Below, in pieces: positions 13,327 to 26,145 of a DNA stretch of 64,000 bases. Position 1 is the stretch's first letter; the number at the start of each line of letters is the position of its first letter. The DNA is taken from positions 54,376,001 to 54,440,000 of the forward strand of contig CM059438.1 in the NCBI GenBank assembly GCA_030390025.1, given 5' to 3'. The notes under the pieces are model-generated. The model searched no databases. It saw only the letters and a program-made list of their open reading frames with translations, and had not been told where the DNA came from. Position numbers and translations under genes: made by a program. This stretch comes from Squalus acanthias (taxonomy: Eukaryota).

Positions 13327-13820
13327 GAGAAGGTTCACTACGTTGATTCTTGAGATGAAGAGGTTGACTTATGAGGAAAGGTTGAGCAGGTTGGGCCTAT
13401 ACTCATTGGAGTTTAGAAGAATGAGAGGTGATCTTATTGAAACATATAAGATTCTGAGGGAGCTTGACAGGGTAGATGCAGGGAGGATGTTTCCCCTTGT
13501 GGAGGAATCTAGAACTAGGGAGCATAGTTTCAGAATAAGGGGTTGCCCTTTTAAAACGGAAATGAGGAGGAATTTCATCTCTCAGAGGGTCGTGAATCTT
13601 TGGAATTCTCTATCCCAGAGAGCGGTGGAGGCGGGGTCATTGAATATATTTAAGGTGGAGATAGACAGATTTTTGAAATATAGGGGAGTCAAGGGTTATG
13701 GGGAGCGGGCAGGAAAGCGGAGTTGAGGCCGAGATCAGATCAGCCATGTTCTTATTGAATGGCGAAGCAGGCTCGAGGGGCCAAATGGCCTACTCCTGCT
13801 CCTATTTCTTATGTTCTTAT
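13327..13820 (+). mobile_element. CR1 LINE 3' end
   Basis: YEERLSRLGLYSLEFRRMRGDLIE...RVVNLWNSL; CR1 3' hairpin and TCTTATGT tail. Confidence 0.9.
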
Positions 13821-13834
13821 GAGCGAGAGGGTTG

Positions 13835-14320
13835 GAGGGAGGAGAGAGAGGGAATTGGAGGGGGGGAGAGAGAGGGAATGAGAGGGAGAGGGAATTGCTG
13901 GGGGGAGAGAGGGAATCGAAAAGGGGGAGAGAGAGAATCGGAGGGGGGAGAGAGAGGGAATCGGAGGGGGGAGAGGGAATCGGAGGGGGGAGAGAGAGGG
14001 AATCGGAGGGGGAGAGAGGGAATCGGAGGGGGATAGAGGGAATTGGAGGGGGAGAGAGGGAATCGGAGGGGGAGAGAGGGAATCGGAGGGGGAGAGAGGG
14101 AATCGGAGGGGGGAGAGAGGGAATCGGAGGGGGAGAGAGGGAATCGGAGGGGGGAGAGAGGGAATCGGAGGGGGAGAGAGGGAATCGGAGGGAGAGAGGG
14201 AATCGGAGGGGGAGAGAGGGAATCGGAGGGGGGAGAGAGGGAATCGGAGGGGGGAGAGAGGTTGGGATCGGAGGGGAGAGAGTGAGGGAATCGGAGGGGG
14301 GGAGAGAGGGGATCGGAGCG
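13835..14320. repeat. Purine-rich ~21-23 bp minisatellite (GGAATCGGAGGGGGGAGAGAG)n
   Basis: Direct inspection. Confidence 0.93.
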
Positions 14321-14884
14321 TAGGAGAGGGAGGATATGAGGGAGAGAGAGAGGAGGGGAGAGGAGGTCAGGAACTCCGGAGGGAGAGAAGGTCAGGAAAT
14401 CGGATGCGGGGTCTTTAAAGAGCATGGAGAGCACAGTGGGGATGGGAAAAAAGAGCGTGATTCAGGTCTAAATGGGGGGAATGAGAGCAAGAACGTGATC
14501 CAGATGGTAAAACGGATCACGTTCTTCCAACCCCTCCCCCTTTACACCCGCACCGCATTCTCCCTCTCCTACCCCTTGACCTGGCTGATTTCTCAGGAAG
14601 CTCGGTGCGTGTGGCAAGTGACATCATTGGACTGGACGAAATCCGGAAGCCATGACACTGTCACTATTCACTTCATACTCAATAAACCTGTTAACAATCC
14701 GTGACCCACACACAAAGCCCCATCTATGGAGGGGGTGGGAAAGTCAGGAACTTGTTGGGTGGAGAAGGTCATGAACCTGATGTGGAGGAGGAACTTGGCA
14801 AGGGGGAGAAGGTCAGGAACTTGGGGTGGGCGGGGAGGTGAGGAACTTGGGCGGGGGGAGGTTAGGAACTCGTGAAGGGGGGTG

Positions 14885-15220
14885 GGGGGGAGGAGGTCAG
14901 AAACTTGGGGGGAGGAGGTCAGAAACTGCAGGGGAGGAGGTCAGAAACTTGGGGGGGAGGAGGCCAGAAACTGCAGGGGAGGAGGCCAGAAACTTGGGGA
15001 GGAGGTCAGAAACTTGGGGGGGAGGAGGCCAGAAACTTGGGGGGAGGTCAGAAACTTGGGGGGAGGAGGCCAGAAACTTGGGGGGGAGGAGGCCAGAAAC
15101 TTGGGGGGGAGGAGGTCAGAAACTTGGGGGGGAGGAGGTCAGAAACTTGGGGGGGAGGAGGTCAGAAACTTGGGGGAGGAGGTCAGAAACTTTGGTGGGG
15201 ATGAGGTCAGAAACTTGGGC
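14885..15220. repeat. ~22-bp G-rich tandem repeat (GGGGGGAGGAGGTCAGAAACTT)n
   Basis: Direct inspection. Confidence 0.92.
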
Positions 15221-15698
15221 GGTGGGGGCAGGAACTTGTTTGGTGGGGTGGGAGAAGGTCTTAACCCGCGAGGGTGAGCCCTGCCTATTCCAAGTGAGCT
15301 CTGTTCTGTTTGGAGTAGGCAGTCAGAATGGCTCAAATTACACTTTGCAAAGTAATTGATTACGTAGGCTGGGAGGATCTAATTACACATTCCAGAGAAA
15401 CTGCTGGGTGTGTCTTGTTCTGCAAGGGGACCAATCAGCAATCAGGTCTTGTCATCCAAGGGCACCAAATATATATCAAAAAGAGCAGTGGTCCAAATAC
15501 CGACCCCTGGGCGACACCACTGTACATTTCCCTCCAGTCTGAAAAATAACATTCACCATTAATCTCTGCTTTCTGTCTCTTAGCCAATTGCCCCTTTAAT
15601 CCTATGGGCTTCAATTTTGCTAACAAGTCTATTATATGGTATTTTATCAAACGCCTTTTGAAAGTCCATATAAGACAATTAATCTTGTCTCGTATTAT

Positions 15699-16446
15699 TG
15701 GCCCAAAAATTCGGCCGAATACGGGAGAGTACCCGCTGCGTACTCACCCGTATTCGTTCCCGAAGTGCCGGTTTCCTGCATGCACTGCGCATGCGTGGGA
15801 AACCGGCACTTCCGGTATGGCGAAGGGGGCGGTTCCTAGGTGAACCGCGTGCGCACGCAGCACACTGAGGTTTTTTTTCAGGTTTCAACACGAGGGTAAG
15901 TATGGAAGATTCTACACAAGTAAAAAGGAGGCGTAAGACCCCTTTTGAACAAGGTAAGTAGTTAATTAAGTATAATTTTAAATTTTTTTCAACAGGTTTA
16001 TCTTTTTTAGAGACTTTAAAGAAAGGTAAGTTTATTTTTATAACTTTTAAAAAGAATTTAAATTTTTTCAAAAATTTAAATTTTTGTTTAAAGTGGTTAA
16101 TTTATTTAACTATAGTTATTTTATTAATGTGATGGGGTTTTTTTAAATTTATTTGAGGTTTAGCTGTTCTTTTGGGGCCGATTTCAATTCACAGATTTGA
16201 CAGGTCCTGTCAAATCTATGAATGAAAGATGGTCTGCTGCCATTGGCTCTCCATGGCACACGTGATCCCAGAGGTCGCATCGCACTAACTGCGCCCCTGG
16301 GACACGCAAGCACTGCGCGCCGGCACTAGGGAGAGGCCCAGGACCCGAAGTTCCTGTGGGCCCGAAACACAACGGCAGGCACGGTAGGTAAGAGCGCGCG
16401 CGATCCTTACCCCCGCGGCAAGCCGGCCACCCGAATTTCTAGGCCA
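15699..16446. mobile_element. MITE, probably Harbinger-type
   Basis: TIR TGGCCCAAAAATTCGG / CCGAATTTCTAGGCCA; flanked by TTAT on both sides; interrupts the CR1. Confidence 0.78.
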
Positions 16447-17092
16447 TTATCTCTACAAGTTTCCCCACCACCGATATTAGGCTGACTAGCCTGTAGATGC
16501 CGAGTTTATCCCTCTCTCCTTTTTTGAACAGGGATGTAATATTTGCAATCCTCCAGTCTTTTGGCACCGCTCCTATATCAAAGGAGAATTGGAAGATTGT
16601 GGCCAGAGCCTCCACAATTTCCACCATTACTTCACTCAGCAACCTTGGATGCATCCCATCCAGACCTGTTGACTTTTCTACTTTGAGCTCTGCCAACCGT
16701 TTAACTGCGCCTCTTTATCTATTTTTATCCTATCCAATTTGTGTACCCCCTCCTCCTTTACTGTGGCATTGGCAGCATCCTCTTCTTCAGTGAAACAGAT
16801 GCACAGTACTCATTTCGTACGTCAACCATGCCCTCTGCCTCCACAATAAGATCTCCTTTTTGGTCCCTAATCGGCACCCCTTCCTTTGACTACCCTTTTA
16901 CCCATTTATATATTTATAAGACTTTTGGGTTCCCTTTTATGTTACCCACTAATCTATTCTCATACACTATCGTTGCCCATCTTTACTTTTTCAGTTCACC
17001 TCTAATTTCTGTATTCTGCTTGGTTACTCGATTGTATTATGAACCTGACGTTTATCATAAGCCTCCTTTTCCTGTTTCATTTTAATCTCTAT

Positions 17093-17801
17093 GGGGGAAA
17101 AATTGGGCCCTTTGGGGCGCTAACTTCGCTGGGGTGCTACTTTTAGTGCCCAGAAAAAGTTAGCAACCCCGCACCCGAAATTCACTGGCAGCGCCCCAAG
17201 AAGGAGGCGGGGCGCTACTGGAAGCCTCCCTCTTGGGGCGCTGCGAGTGAATATCGCGGCGCTACGTGCTGCGGTACTGCAGGCATTCCTCCCCTTGTTA
17301 AAGGGGAGGGGCCTAGCGCAGCGTGACCCGGAGCCCAGCTGGGCACCAGATTTCAGAGTGCCGGCAAAAGAGCCCGGCACTCAAGAGAAGTGCCGGGCTC
17401 ACAGAGCGCAGCCGGCACTCCACGGCGGGGCTGCTCAGTAGGCCGGGAACGGCAAAGCAGGCAGGTCCTGGCAGGCGGCCAGCAACAAAAATGGCCGCCC
17501 GGCACCTTCCCTTTAATTTGCGCCGCCCCGGCCGCAAGTAGGCCACCCTGACCCCGTCGGACATAGCATCCGGCGGGAAGTCAGGGGGCGCTACCGAAGA
17601 CCGCAGCCGGGGCGCTGTGCACGGCGATGACGTCATCGCTGGCGGCATAGCGCCGTAGGGCGCTAACAGTTACCACCGGCACTAACCTCCCGCTGAATTT
17701 CGTGGGAGGCATTAGCGGCGCCGCGCCCAGGTGCTAGTTGCTTTGCGCCCCGTTAGCGCCGGGCGCTAACGGGAGGCGGAAATCAACCAGATTTTTCCCC
17801 C
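17093..17801. mobile_element. Harbinger-type MITE family B
   Basis: TIR GGGGGAAAAAT / ATTTTTCCCCC; TSD TAT; related copies at 34552, 51558 and 59399. Confidence 0.9.
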
Positions 17802-18499
17802 TATATCTTTAGTCATCCAGGGAGCTCTAGGTTTGGATGCCCTTCCTTTCCCCCTCGTGGGAATGTGTCTAGTCTGTACTCGAACTATTTTCTCTTTGAA
17901 CACCTGCCATTGCTCATTTACTGTTCTACCTGCCAATCTTTGGTTCCAATCCACCTGGGCCAGATCACTGAAATAAGCCCTCCTCCAGTTGAGTATCTTC
18001 ACCTTTGATTGTTCCTTGATCCTTTCCATAACGACTCTAAACCTAATGATATAGTGATCACTGTTTCCAAAATGCTCTCCCGCTGAAACATGCTCTACTT
18101 GTAAACATTTCAGGAATTCCTCCCTTCTTTGCGCTTTACACTGTTATGTTCCCAGTCTATATTAATTGAAGATCCCCATTATCACTATTCTATAGTTCTT
18201 GCAACTTTCTGAAATTTGCTCTTCCATCTCCTTCCAACTATTTGGTGGCCAATTGTATACACCCAACAATGTTAAGAGCTCCTTTATTGTTCCTTAATTC
18301 TAACCAAATAGATTCTGTCTTTAAACTCTCAAGTACATCAACACTTCCAGGGCTGTAACAGAATCTTTGATCAAAACTGCCACCCCTCCTTTTTTTCCTT
18401 CCCTATCTCTCCTGAATATCTTGTAGCCAGGAATATTAAGTTTCCAATCCGCCCCTTATTTGAGCCAGCTCTCTGTTATTGCCACTATTTCATAATCTC

Positions 18500-20026
18500 A
18501 TTATTTTTTTAAATTTGTTTATGGGATGTGGGCATCGCTGGCAAGGCCAGCATTTATTGCCCATCCCTAATTGCCCTTGAGAAGGTGGTGGTGAGCCGAG
18601 TTCTTGAAGCGCTGCAGTCCGTGTGGTGAAGGTACTCCCACAGCGCTGTTAGGTAGGGAGTTCCAGGATTTTGACCCGGCGACGATGAAGGATCGGCGAT
18701 ATACTTCTAAGTCAGGATGGTGTGTGACTTGGAGGGGAACTTGGAGGTGGTGGTATTCCCATGCGCCTGCTGCCCTTGTCCTTCGAGGTGGAAGAGGTCG
18801 CGGGTTTGAGAGGTGCTGCTGAAGAAGCCTTGGCGAGTTGCTGCAGTGCGTCTTGTAGATGGTACACACTGCAGCCACGGTACGACGGTGGTGGAGGGAG
18901 TGAATGTTGGTGGATGGGGTGCCAATCAAGCGGGCTGCTTTGTCCTGGATGGTGTCAAGCTTCTTGAGTGTTGTTGGAGCTGCACTCATCCAGCCAAGTG
19001 GAAAGTATCCCATCACACTCCTTACTTGTGCTTTGTAGATGGTGGAAAGGCTTAGGGGAGTCAGGAGGTGAGACACTCGCCGCAGAATACCTAGCCTCTG
19101 ACCTGCTCTTGTTGCCACAGTATTTATGTGGCTGGTCCAGTTAAATATCTGGTCAATGGTGACACCCAGGATGTTGATGGTGGGACATTCGGCGATGGTA
19201 ATGCCGTTGAATGTCATGGGGTAGTGGTTAGACTCTCGCTTGTTGGAGATAGTCATTGCCTGGCACTTGTGTGGCGCGAATGTTACCTGCCACTTATCAG
19301 CTCAAGTCTGAACATTGTCCAGGTCTTGTTGCATGCGGGCATGGACTACTTCATTATCTGAGGAGTTGTGAATGGCACTGAACACTGTGCAGTCATCAGC
19401 CAACATCCCCATTTCTGACATTATGTTGGAGGGAAGGTCATTGATGAAGCATTGATGGTTGGGCCTAGGACACTGCCCTGAGGAACTCATGCAGCGATGT
19501 CCTGGGCTGTGATGATTGGCCTTCAACCACCACAATCATCTTCCTTTGTGCTAGGTATGACTCCAGCCAGTGGAGAGTTTTCCCCCCGATTCACATTGAC
19601 TTCAGTTTTACTAAGGCTCTTTGATGCCACAGTCAGTCAAATGCTGCCTTGATGTCAAGGGCAGTCACTCTCACCTCACCTCTGGAATTCAGCTCCTTTG
19701 TCCATGTTTGGACCAAGGCTCTAATGAGGTCGGCAGCCGAGTGGTATTGGCGGAACCCAAACTGGGCATCAGTGAGCAGGTTATTGGTGAGTAAGTGCCA
19801 CTTGATAGCACTGTTGATGACACCTTCCATCACTTTACTGATGATTGAGAGTAGACTGATGGGGCGGTAATTGGCCAGATTGAATTTGTCCTGCTTTTTG
19901 TACACAGGACATACCTGGGCAGTTTTCCACATTGTCGGATAGATGCCAGTGTTGTAGCTGCACTGGAACAGCTTGGCTAGAGGCGCAGCTTGTTCTGGAG
20001 CACATGTCTTCAGCACGACAGCCAGG
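18500..20026 (-). mobile_element. Second-family LINE RT 3' portion (same family as 3000-4422)
   Basis: Near-identical protein fragments: YRPISLLSIISKVMEG, DIKAAFD, WMSAAPTTL. Confidence 0.88.
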
Positions 20027-20481
20027 CTACTTGTGCTTGCTACTCACCAACTTTATTTACCACACTCCGTGCATTTACGTACATTCACTCCAAACCCATC
20101 GTAGTCTGCCTTGCATTTCCCCCGTCTGATCTCTCCTATTTCTGAACTAATTTTTATTCTAATGCTGTTTGTCTCTCCCAGCCCTCTGTGCACCTTGTTT
20201 CTCCTCTCTAATGATTCATCCTGATGTCCTTCCCCTGCCAATTTAGTCTAAACCCTCTCCCAGTACTAGTTAACCTCCCTGCGAGGCCATTGGTCCCAGC
20301 TCTTGAGGTGCAAACCATCCATCTTGTACAGGTCCCTCCTGCCCCAGAACTGGTCCCAATACCCCTGGAATCTGAAGACCTCCCTCCTGCACCATTTCTC
20401 CAGACATGCAGTAACCTGCCTTGTCTTACTGCTCCTATACTCACTAGCACGTGGCCCTGGGAATAATTTTGAGATTACCAC

Positions 20482-21021
20482 TGTTGGGGAGAAATTAATT
20501 CACTCCAGTCTGTGTTGATAGGTAAAAGCAAACAGTTTATTAATGTTCAGAGATCTCTGGGAGACGCGTCATAGACCTCACCCGGTCTAGTGACCACGGC
20601 TTCTCAACCTCCCTTTGTCAGTACAACCTTTTATTTAAGAATTATCCAATCACATTGTTAAAGAATATCACATGATTACAATTGTGTCAGTCAGACTAAA
20701 ACAGTTAATTCGTTATATTTCTTTATCTCTGTCAGCTACAAACTAAAAAACAACCTTTAATATATATGCTGCAAGCAATGCCAATTGCGAAGCCACCTTG
20801 TACCACATTCTGTGCCTTGCCTGGGTGCTGGGTCACATCTCATTCCCATACTTGTCCATTGTATTTCTCTACAGTTGCTCATTGTATGCTGTCCTTGAAT
20901 GGAGCTAGGCAGCCACTCCTTATCATCCACCTGGTCGCTCTTATTCCATTTCGTACATAACCCCCATTCCCTTTACAGCTAAGAGAGTTTAATTTAACAT
21001 GAGTTCAAATTAACCCTTTCA
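20482..21021 (-). repeat. 3' LTR of the ERV
   Basis: About 540 bp direct repeat of 26149-26690; preceded on the minus strand by PPT AGGGGGGAT (21022-21030); minus-strand AATAAA at 20536-20541. Confidence 0.95.
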
Positions 21022-21799
21022 ATCCCCCCTGTCGGTCCCGTGCCAAATTTAAATTTTGGTCAGGGATACCGACTTCTTTCCCGCATTTACCATCCCCGGG
21101 ATTATACCTGTATTGATGGCTGACCTAGTGTCTAAGCTTGTCTCTCCCTTCTGTCTATCCTTGGTGTCGCCGTCCCTTTCTGCATGACTGACAAGGCCTC
21201 CCTCTTATCTTTCTGAGGAATGTTTTGTTATGTTTCTTTATAGACATTTTATGACTTTCGACTCCATTTTTGTCTATTATCCCCCACCCTGTGTTGTTTT
21301 GCATTTTACGAATACCTTATCACTTCTATTTGTCTTTTGATGCTTGATATTCGACCTTGCTGGCATTTCTGCTATCTGTTCCTGGCTGCATGTTGTCAGT
21401 CTCTGTTCTAAGAATTAAAACCCATCTTTGAATCTAACAGCTATTTCTTACAATTCCCTTCTTTGAGAAGGAAATATCCTTATTGACTTCTCACAATCGG
21501 CTCTTGACTAACCTAGCTAGTTCTTATTGCTCTCTCAACTTGGGCGTTAGTTAGTAGGGAGTCTTGAAGATTTCTCCCTTCCTTACAGTCCATTCCTTGG
21601 AGGAGAAGGAGCAACCTCTGACCCCTTACTCAAATTCAATTCATTGTTCTGGTGTTCCAATTCTGCCCCGCCTGGGGTATCCTCTGTTTCTTCTATCTTT
21701 CCTGATGTTACCCCGCCTGGGGTCTCCTCTATATTGCTTCGGATCTTCTCTTTCGGTGTGCTCAATTAATTTGTTAGTGCTGGTTAGTCATAGACATGA

Positions 21800-22350
21800 G
21801 TATACAATTGGCTTATGTATCAAAGTCTTACTCCACACATTACATATATCAAATACACTATCATTTCAAGTTGGATAACTACCAGAGCGTGTGAAATAAT
21901 ACGAACGTAAGGGTGTGCTGATGTATTAAGCCCAATATCCCACCAGTGTGAGTTGTCCCCTATGCTGTCAATTTCAATATCTATTCTCGAGTTGTCTTCC
22001 TCCAAAACATAAAAATGCTTTAGGGAGGAGTTCAGTCGCATCATGAGCTCACTGGTACCCTTAGACAACAGGGGAATGTAGTATCCGAATTGTGCCACAT
22101 AATTGTGCAGCTCATACTTAAGTATCTCATTTACTGTCAGTTTCACTTGAGCATAGGTTTTGATATTGAGTTAAACATGCTGGTTGATGGGACAGGTCCT
22201 GTTAGACCCGTAAAGCATGGTAGTTGCGGTAGTAGTGACACAGGAGGCACCACCAAAACCACCTCATACTGGATTCGCACTGGTTTTTCCCACGCTCTGT
22301 TACCTACAAAACACAATTATTACAGTCACAGTTAAATTCAGTCTTACAAT
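21800..22350 (-). pseudogene. env: ERV env C-terminal remnant (Cys-rich region, heptad-like stretch, membrane-proximal WWD, TM anchor)
   Basis: NNCVL*VTE...GASCVTTTATTMLYGSNRTCPI...ELMMRLNSSLKHFYVLEEDNSRIDIEIDSI...WWDIGLNTSAHPYVRIISHALVVIQLEMIVYLIYVMC, located just upstream of the 3' LTR. Confidence 0.7.
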
Positions 22351-23689
22351 CATTTCAAGCGACATTACAGTTTAACATTTAATCAACAAATCATGGACTT
22401 AAAAGATTCTCCAGATCTCTCTTTTACTCATATCCATCTTGTGGATAATTCTTACTAAACATGATTTCTCCTTAGCCCTCAATTGTCCCAATCCAGATTC
22501 CATGTAACTCTCCACTTCAACTTCAATTTCAATCCCTCTAACAGGTACCAGTGTATTTAACTCTATTCTGATTGTTTCATTAATTATAGTTTCTCGATGG
22601 AGTATGTGTCAATGCTTTAAAGGTTGTCTCGCTCTCCTGAACCACATTAACCATTTCATGTTTTGCTGTCGTCAAGTAACTGAGCATGACTGAGACCCGT
22701 TCTTCAGTGCAAATTCAACATACATTTGCGGATGGTAATTGCTTCATACGTAACAAATCACATTTGCACACTCATATCGGTATCTCCATATCATGCTACA
22801 TGTGCCTTTCTCGGGCTTTCAGGTATCTTATCAAAAGATTGTCTGGAGGTCTTTGTTCATCTTCCTCTGCATGGTCCCGATGTCTTGGATAGTGGCCGGA
22901 CTATCAAATTCAGTTTTCATAAAAAGGTTCATTAGAGGCAGGGACACAAGTGTCTCCAAGAGAAAGCTATCAATTTACTATTCTTAGCTACTCTTTCCTG
23001 ACTTTCACTAGAAAGTTTTGAAAATTCCCATTCAGTAGTGTAATTCTCCTGTTTCAATCTTACACCTTCAATCACTTCCCTTTAATTACCATTCATATCT
23101 CATTCATGAGCCCTGGAGAAACTTTACTGTCCAGTACAATATTTAAGATTGAAAACATAGATCAAACATTTTCACTTGGTCCAAGTTATTAACGTTTTTT
23201 TATTTATCATTATTTTAGAGGATCTTTATTTTCCCAAAAGTAACCCAATATATAGTGCCTGAGTCCATTTTGTCATAAACATTGTCAGGCGCACGCAATT
23301 GCGTCACTTCACGTAAATTAAAAAAAACTTTCCTGATCCAAAAGACAGTTGTGTTTTCACACTTTAACTGAACAGAACAGATAAAACAAAACAAACTAGT
23401 ACATGCTTGCAGAACCAGTAAATTACGTCATATTTCTTATTGTCCTTTCTTCAGATGTCTTTCCAAAATACTGTAAAAACATTGAATATAACTGGAGAAA
23501 AATTAGTTTTTCACATTTAAGCAAATCAAATCAAACTGCTTTGGAAGATTTCACCATAGCAACCGCGACTCCAGGGTTAAATCTTAGACCGAAACTTAAT
23601 CTTTTGTTAAACAAACTTTTTGTTCTTCTCAGTTTTACACACCAGCTTAACGTAAATTGTAGTTCAAAGTTTTTTTTTTCAATTCTTGT

Positions 23690-24490
23690 GGCACAATCTA
23701 TTGCAGCCACACATCGTGGCATTGCCTTCGCTACTGGATCCCTCTTGGTGGAGTAATACGCAACGGGTTTCTATTTCCCTCCGTGATCTTGCATTACCAT
23801 GGCTGAATAACTCCCTTGGTCCTGGTCACAGTACAAGTGGAAGGGTCGGGTATGGTCTGGCAGTCCTAGGGCAGGGGCTGTTATTAATTCCTGTTTAAGG
23901 GCCCTATATGCTTCCTCCTGCTCTGTCTCCCCCCTTTAACTAACTGTTGAATCGGCTCTGCTTTCCCTGCAAAGTCTGATATAAAATTCCTGCAGTAGTT
24001 AAATAGTCCCAACACTTTCCTCACTCCCCGGATGGTCACTGGCCTTGGCATGTCTTTTATGGCTGCCTTTTGTTCCTGTGGGAGTGCCTTATACCCCTGG
24101 CTAATTTCGTGTCCTAGATACTTTACTTTGGACAGTCCAACCTGTGCCTTTTTAGGTTCAATTTAAAGCCAGCTTTCTTAAGTGTCTGGAGGGTGGCTAG
24201 TAATGCTCCCATGTGTCCTTTGGCATCCTCTGATGCAATCATTATGTCATCGACATATTGGAGTAGGGCACTCTGTACTTTGATAGGTCTAACTCGTCTA
24301 AGGCTTGACTCAGTACACGGTGGAATATATTTGGACTATTGTGGAACCCCTGCGGGACCCTGGTCCATGTATCCTGTCTATCCCTGACAGTAAAGGCGAA
24401 TTTCCCTTGTGATTCCTCTGCCAATGGTATGGACCAGAACCCGTTCTGTATCCAAGACTGTAAATATTTTAAAGTCTGGTTTCAGACCAT
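23690..24490 (-). pseudogene. pol: ERV pol remnant: RT core, thumb and connection/tether
   Basis: IFTVLD.NGFWSIPL...KFAFT...TWTRVPQGFHNSPNIFH...QYVDDIMIAS...KYLGH...LGLFNYCRNFI...APALGLPDHTRPFHLYC...PVAYYSTKRDPVAKAMPRC, with frameshifts and stops. Confidence 0.92.
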
Positions 24491-24863
24491 TAAATATCTT
24501 ATTCAATGTGGTCTACACAAATTTACACCAACCAGAATTTCACCGTGCACAATAAAGGTCTGGTTTTAATAGGTTAATTAACCTCAATAACTCCAATTCA
24601 ATCCAGATCAATTTTTTTTTAAACTAACCAGTATCACTTGGAAAAGAAAGAAACCATAGCCATATTAACAAAGAAACAATTACCCATGCCTTGTAAACAT
24701 TCAAATTCATTTTCTTCCAGGCACATTGGCAACTGTGACTTCAAGGCTTAAGCTTATCTTTTGTAAAACAATTAACAAACTTAAAACAACACACGTTTGT
24801 CCATCCTTCAAGACAAGTCTTCAAAGGGTTAAACAGCTTTTAGCTCTCTGTACAAAAGAGTGG

Positions 24864-25001
24864 ACTTGAAATCACAAGCTTTCGGAGCTGCTGCTCCTTC
24901 GTCAGGTGATTTCAAATAAAACTGTTGGACTATAACCTGGTGTTGTGCGACTTCTCACTTTTGTCCACCCCACTCCAACACCGGGATCTCCGCATCATGG
25001 C
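24864..25001. mobile_element. 138-bp Penelope-derived insert with inverted hammerhead segment and 13-bp TSD
   Basis: TACAAAAGAGTGG at 24851-24863 and 25002-25014; sequence matches the Penelope terminus at 62781-62872. Confidence 0.85.
24866..24915 (-). ncRNA. Minimal hammerhead ribozyme
   Basis: Minus strand TTGAAATCAC-CTGACGA-A-GGAGC-AGCA-GCTCC-GAAA-GCTT-GTGATTTCAA: CUGANGA and GAAA core with stems I and II. Confidence 0.75.
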
Positions 25002-25282
25002 TACAAAAGAGTGGGTGGAGCTAAAACAAAAATGACAGACACTTTTTTAAAGACAGACTTTCAGACAAAAGAAATACTGTAACTTCTTAAACATTCACAG
25101 TCAGGAAAACTTTGACTCTTTTAACACACACTTTCACACAAACTGAGATCCCAGCATTCCTTTTAAGATTCCTTTCACTCAGCAAATCTTGTGTTTTATT
25201 TGTCTCGGCACAGACATTAATAACTTCCATGTCGGTAAAACTTTAAATTTCTCTCTTTTTCTTTCCTTTTTATATCGGTGTC

Positions 25283-25534
25283 TCAGTAGCTTTTCCTGGC
25301 TTTCCAAATCCCTTTTTTTTTCTTTGCTGAGTTTTCAGATTGGTTAGCCTGCAAATTAGATCTTTTTCCTTCTTTATCTTTGGTTTGTCCCCTCCACCAA
25401 GCCCTTTGGCTCTCTGCGCTGCCCTCGGGATCCCACCCCTTCTTCATTTTATCAATCAAACCCTTTTGGTCCTCGGCGTAGAGCCGACTCATAGATCCTG
25501 ACGGGCCCCGAATGGGTTCCTCGCCTTCCGCCAT
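25283..25534 (-). pseudogene. gag: Probable gag N-terminal remnant of the ERV
   Basis: ATG-initiated ORF (MAEGEEPIRG...) about 600 nt downstream of the PBS in a good Kozak context; assignment is positional. Confidence 0.5.
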
Positions 25535-26127
25535 ATTGTATTATTCTTTGTCACTAGTTTACTGCGTTCCGGTCCGCCCTAGTAACTCGTTCTCAGAGGT
25601 CTGCCTATCGTCCACCACTTGTATGATGGAGGCCCCGACTTGTAACTATTCTTGCTCTCAGAGGTGAGTATTTCCCCTTTTCACTTGTAGCCATTAATAC
25701 ATTATCACAATACGTCACGTAATACAATCCAACAGATCCCGCAACGCAACACAGCAGAGAGGTTCTTACAAATTCTTTGTCTGTCTCGGATTCCCAACTA
25801 ACTCTGGCCATCACGTGGGGCCCAATCGCCCTCTTAATTTCAGCTCAGTATGGGTCCTCGAGACATTTACATTCCGAAATAACCCATCAGGCTTCAATCA
25901 TCTTAACCACTATTCGTACGTCCGGTTAACCTTGTTATTTCAATATTATAAACACTTTCTGCGCCACCTAGGTTTTAATAAACTGTTTCCTACCGGTCAC
26001 AGACACCAGATTCGTTTGATACTGCGTCGCCGTCACACCGCCCTCCCGAGTGACCCAATTTCTGGGCGGTCAAAGATTTGACTACTCGCCCCGTTCACTG
26101 GTACAGGCGGTCTTTCAGCTCCGAAGT

Positions 26128-26145
26128 ATCCTGCCGACTACGCCA
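26128..26145 (-). promoter_or_regulatory. Primer-binding site complementary to tRNA-Ser
   Basis: Minus strand TGGCGTAGTCGGCAGGAT, 3 nt after the 5' LTR; complementary to the vertebrate tRNA-Ser 3' end ATCCTGCCGACTACGCCA. Confidence 0.92.

Noticed and set aside
23690..24490. Calling the ERV a foamy virus
   Set aside because: The RT shares NGFW and YVDD with spumaviruses, but the PBS is Ser rather than Lys and the LTRs are short; phylogeny is needed
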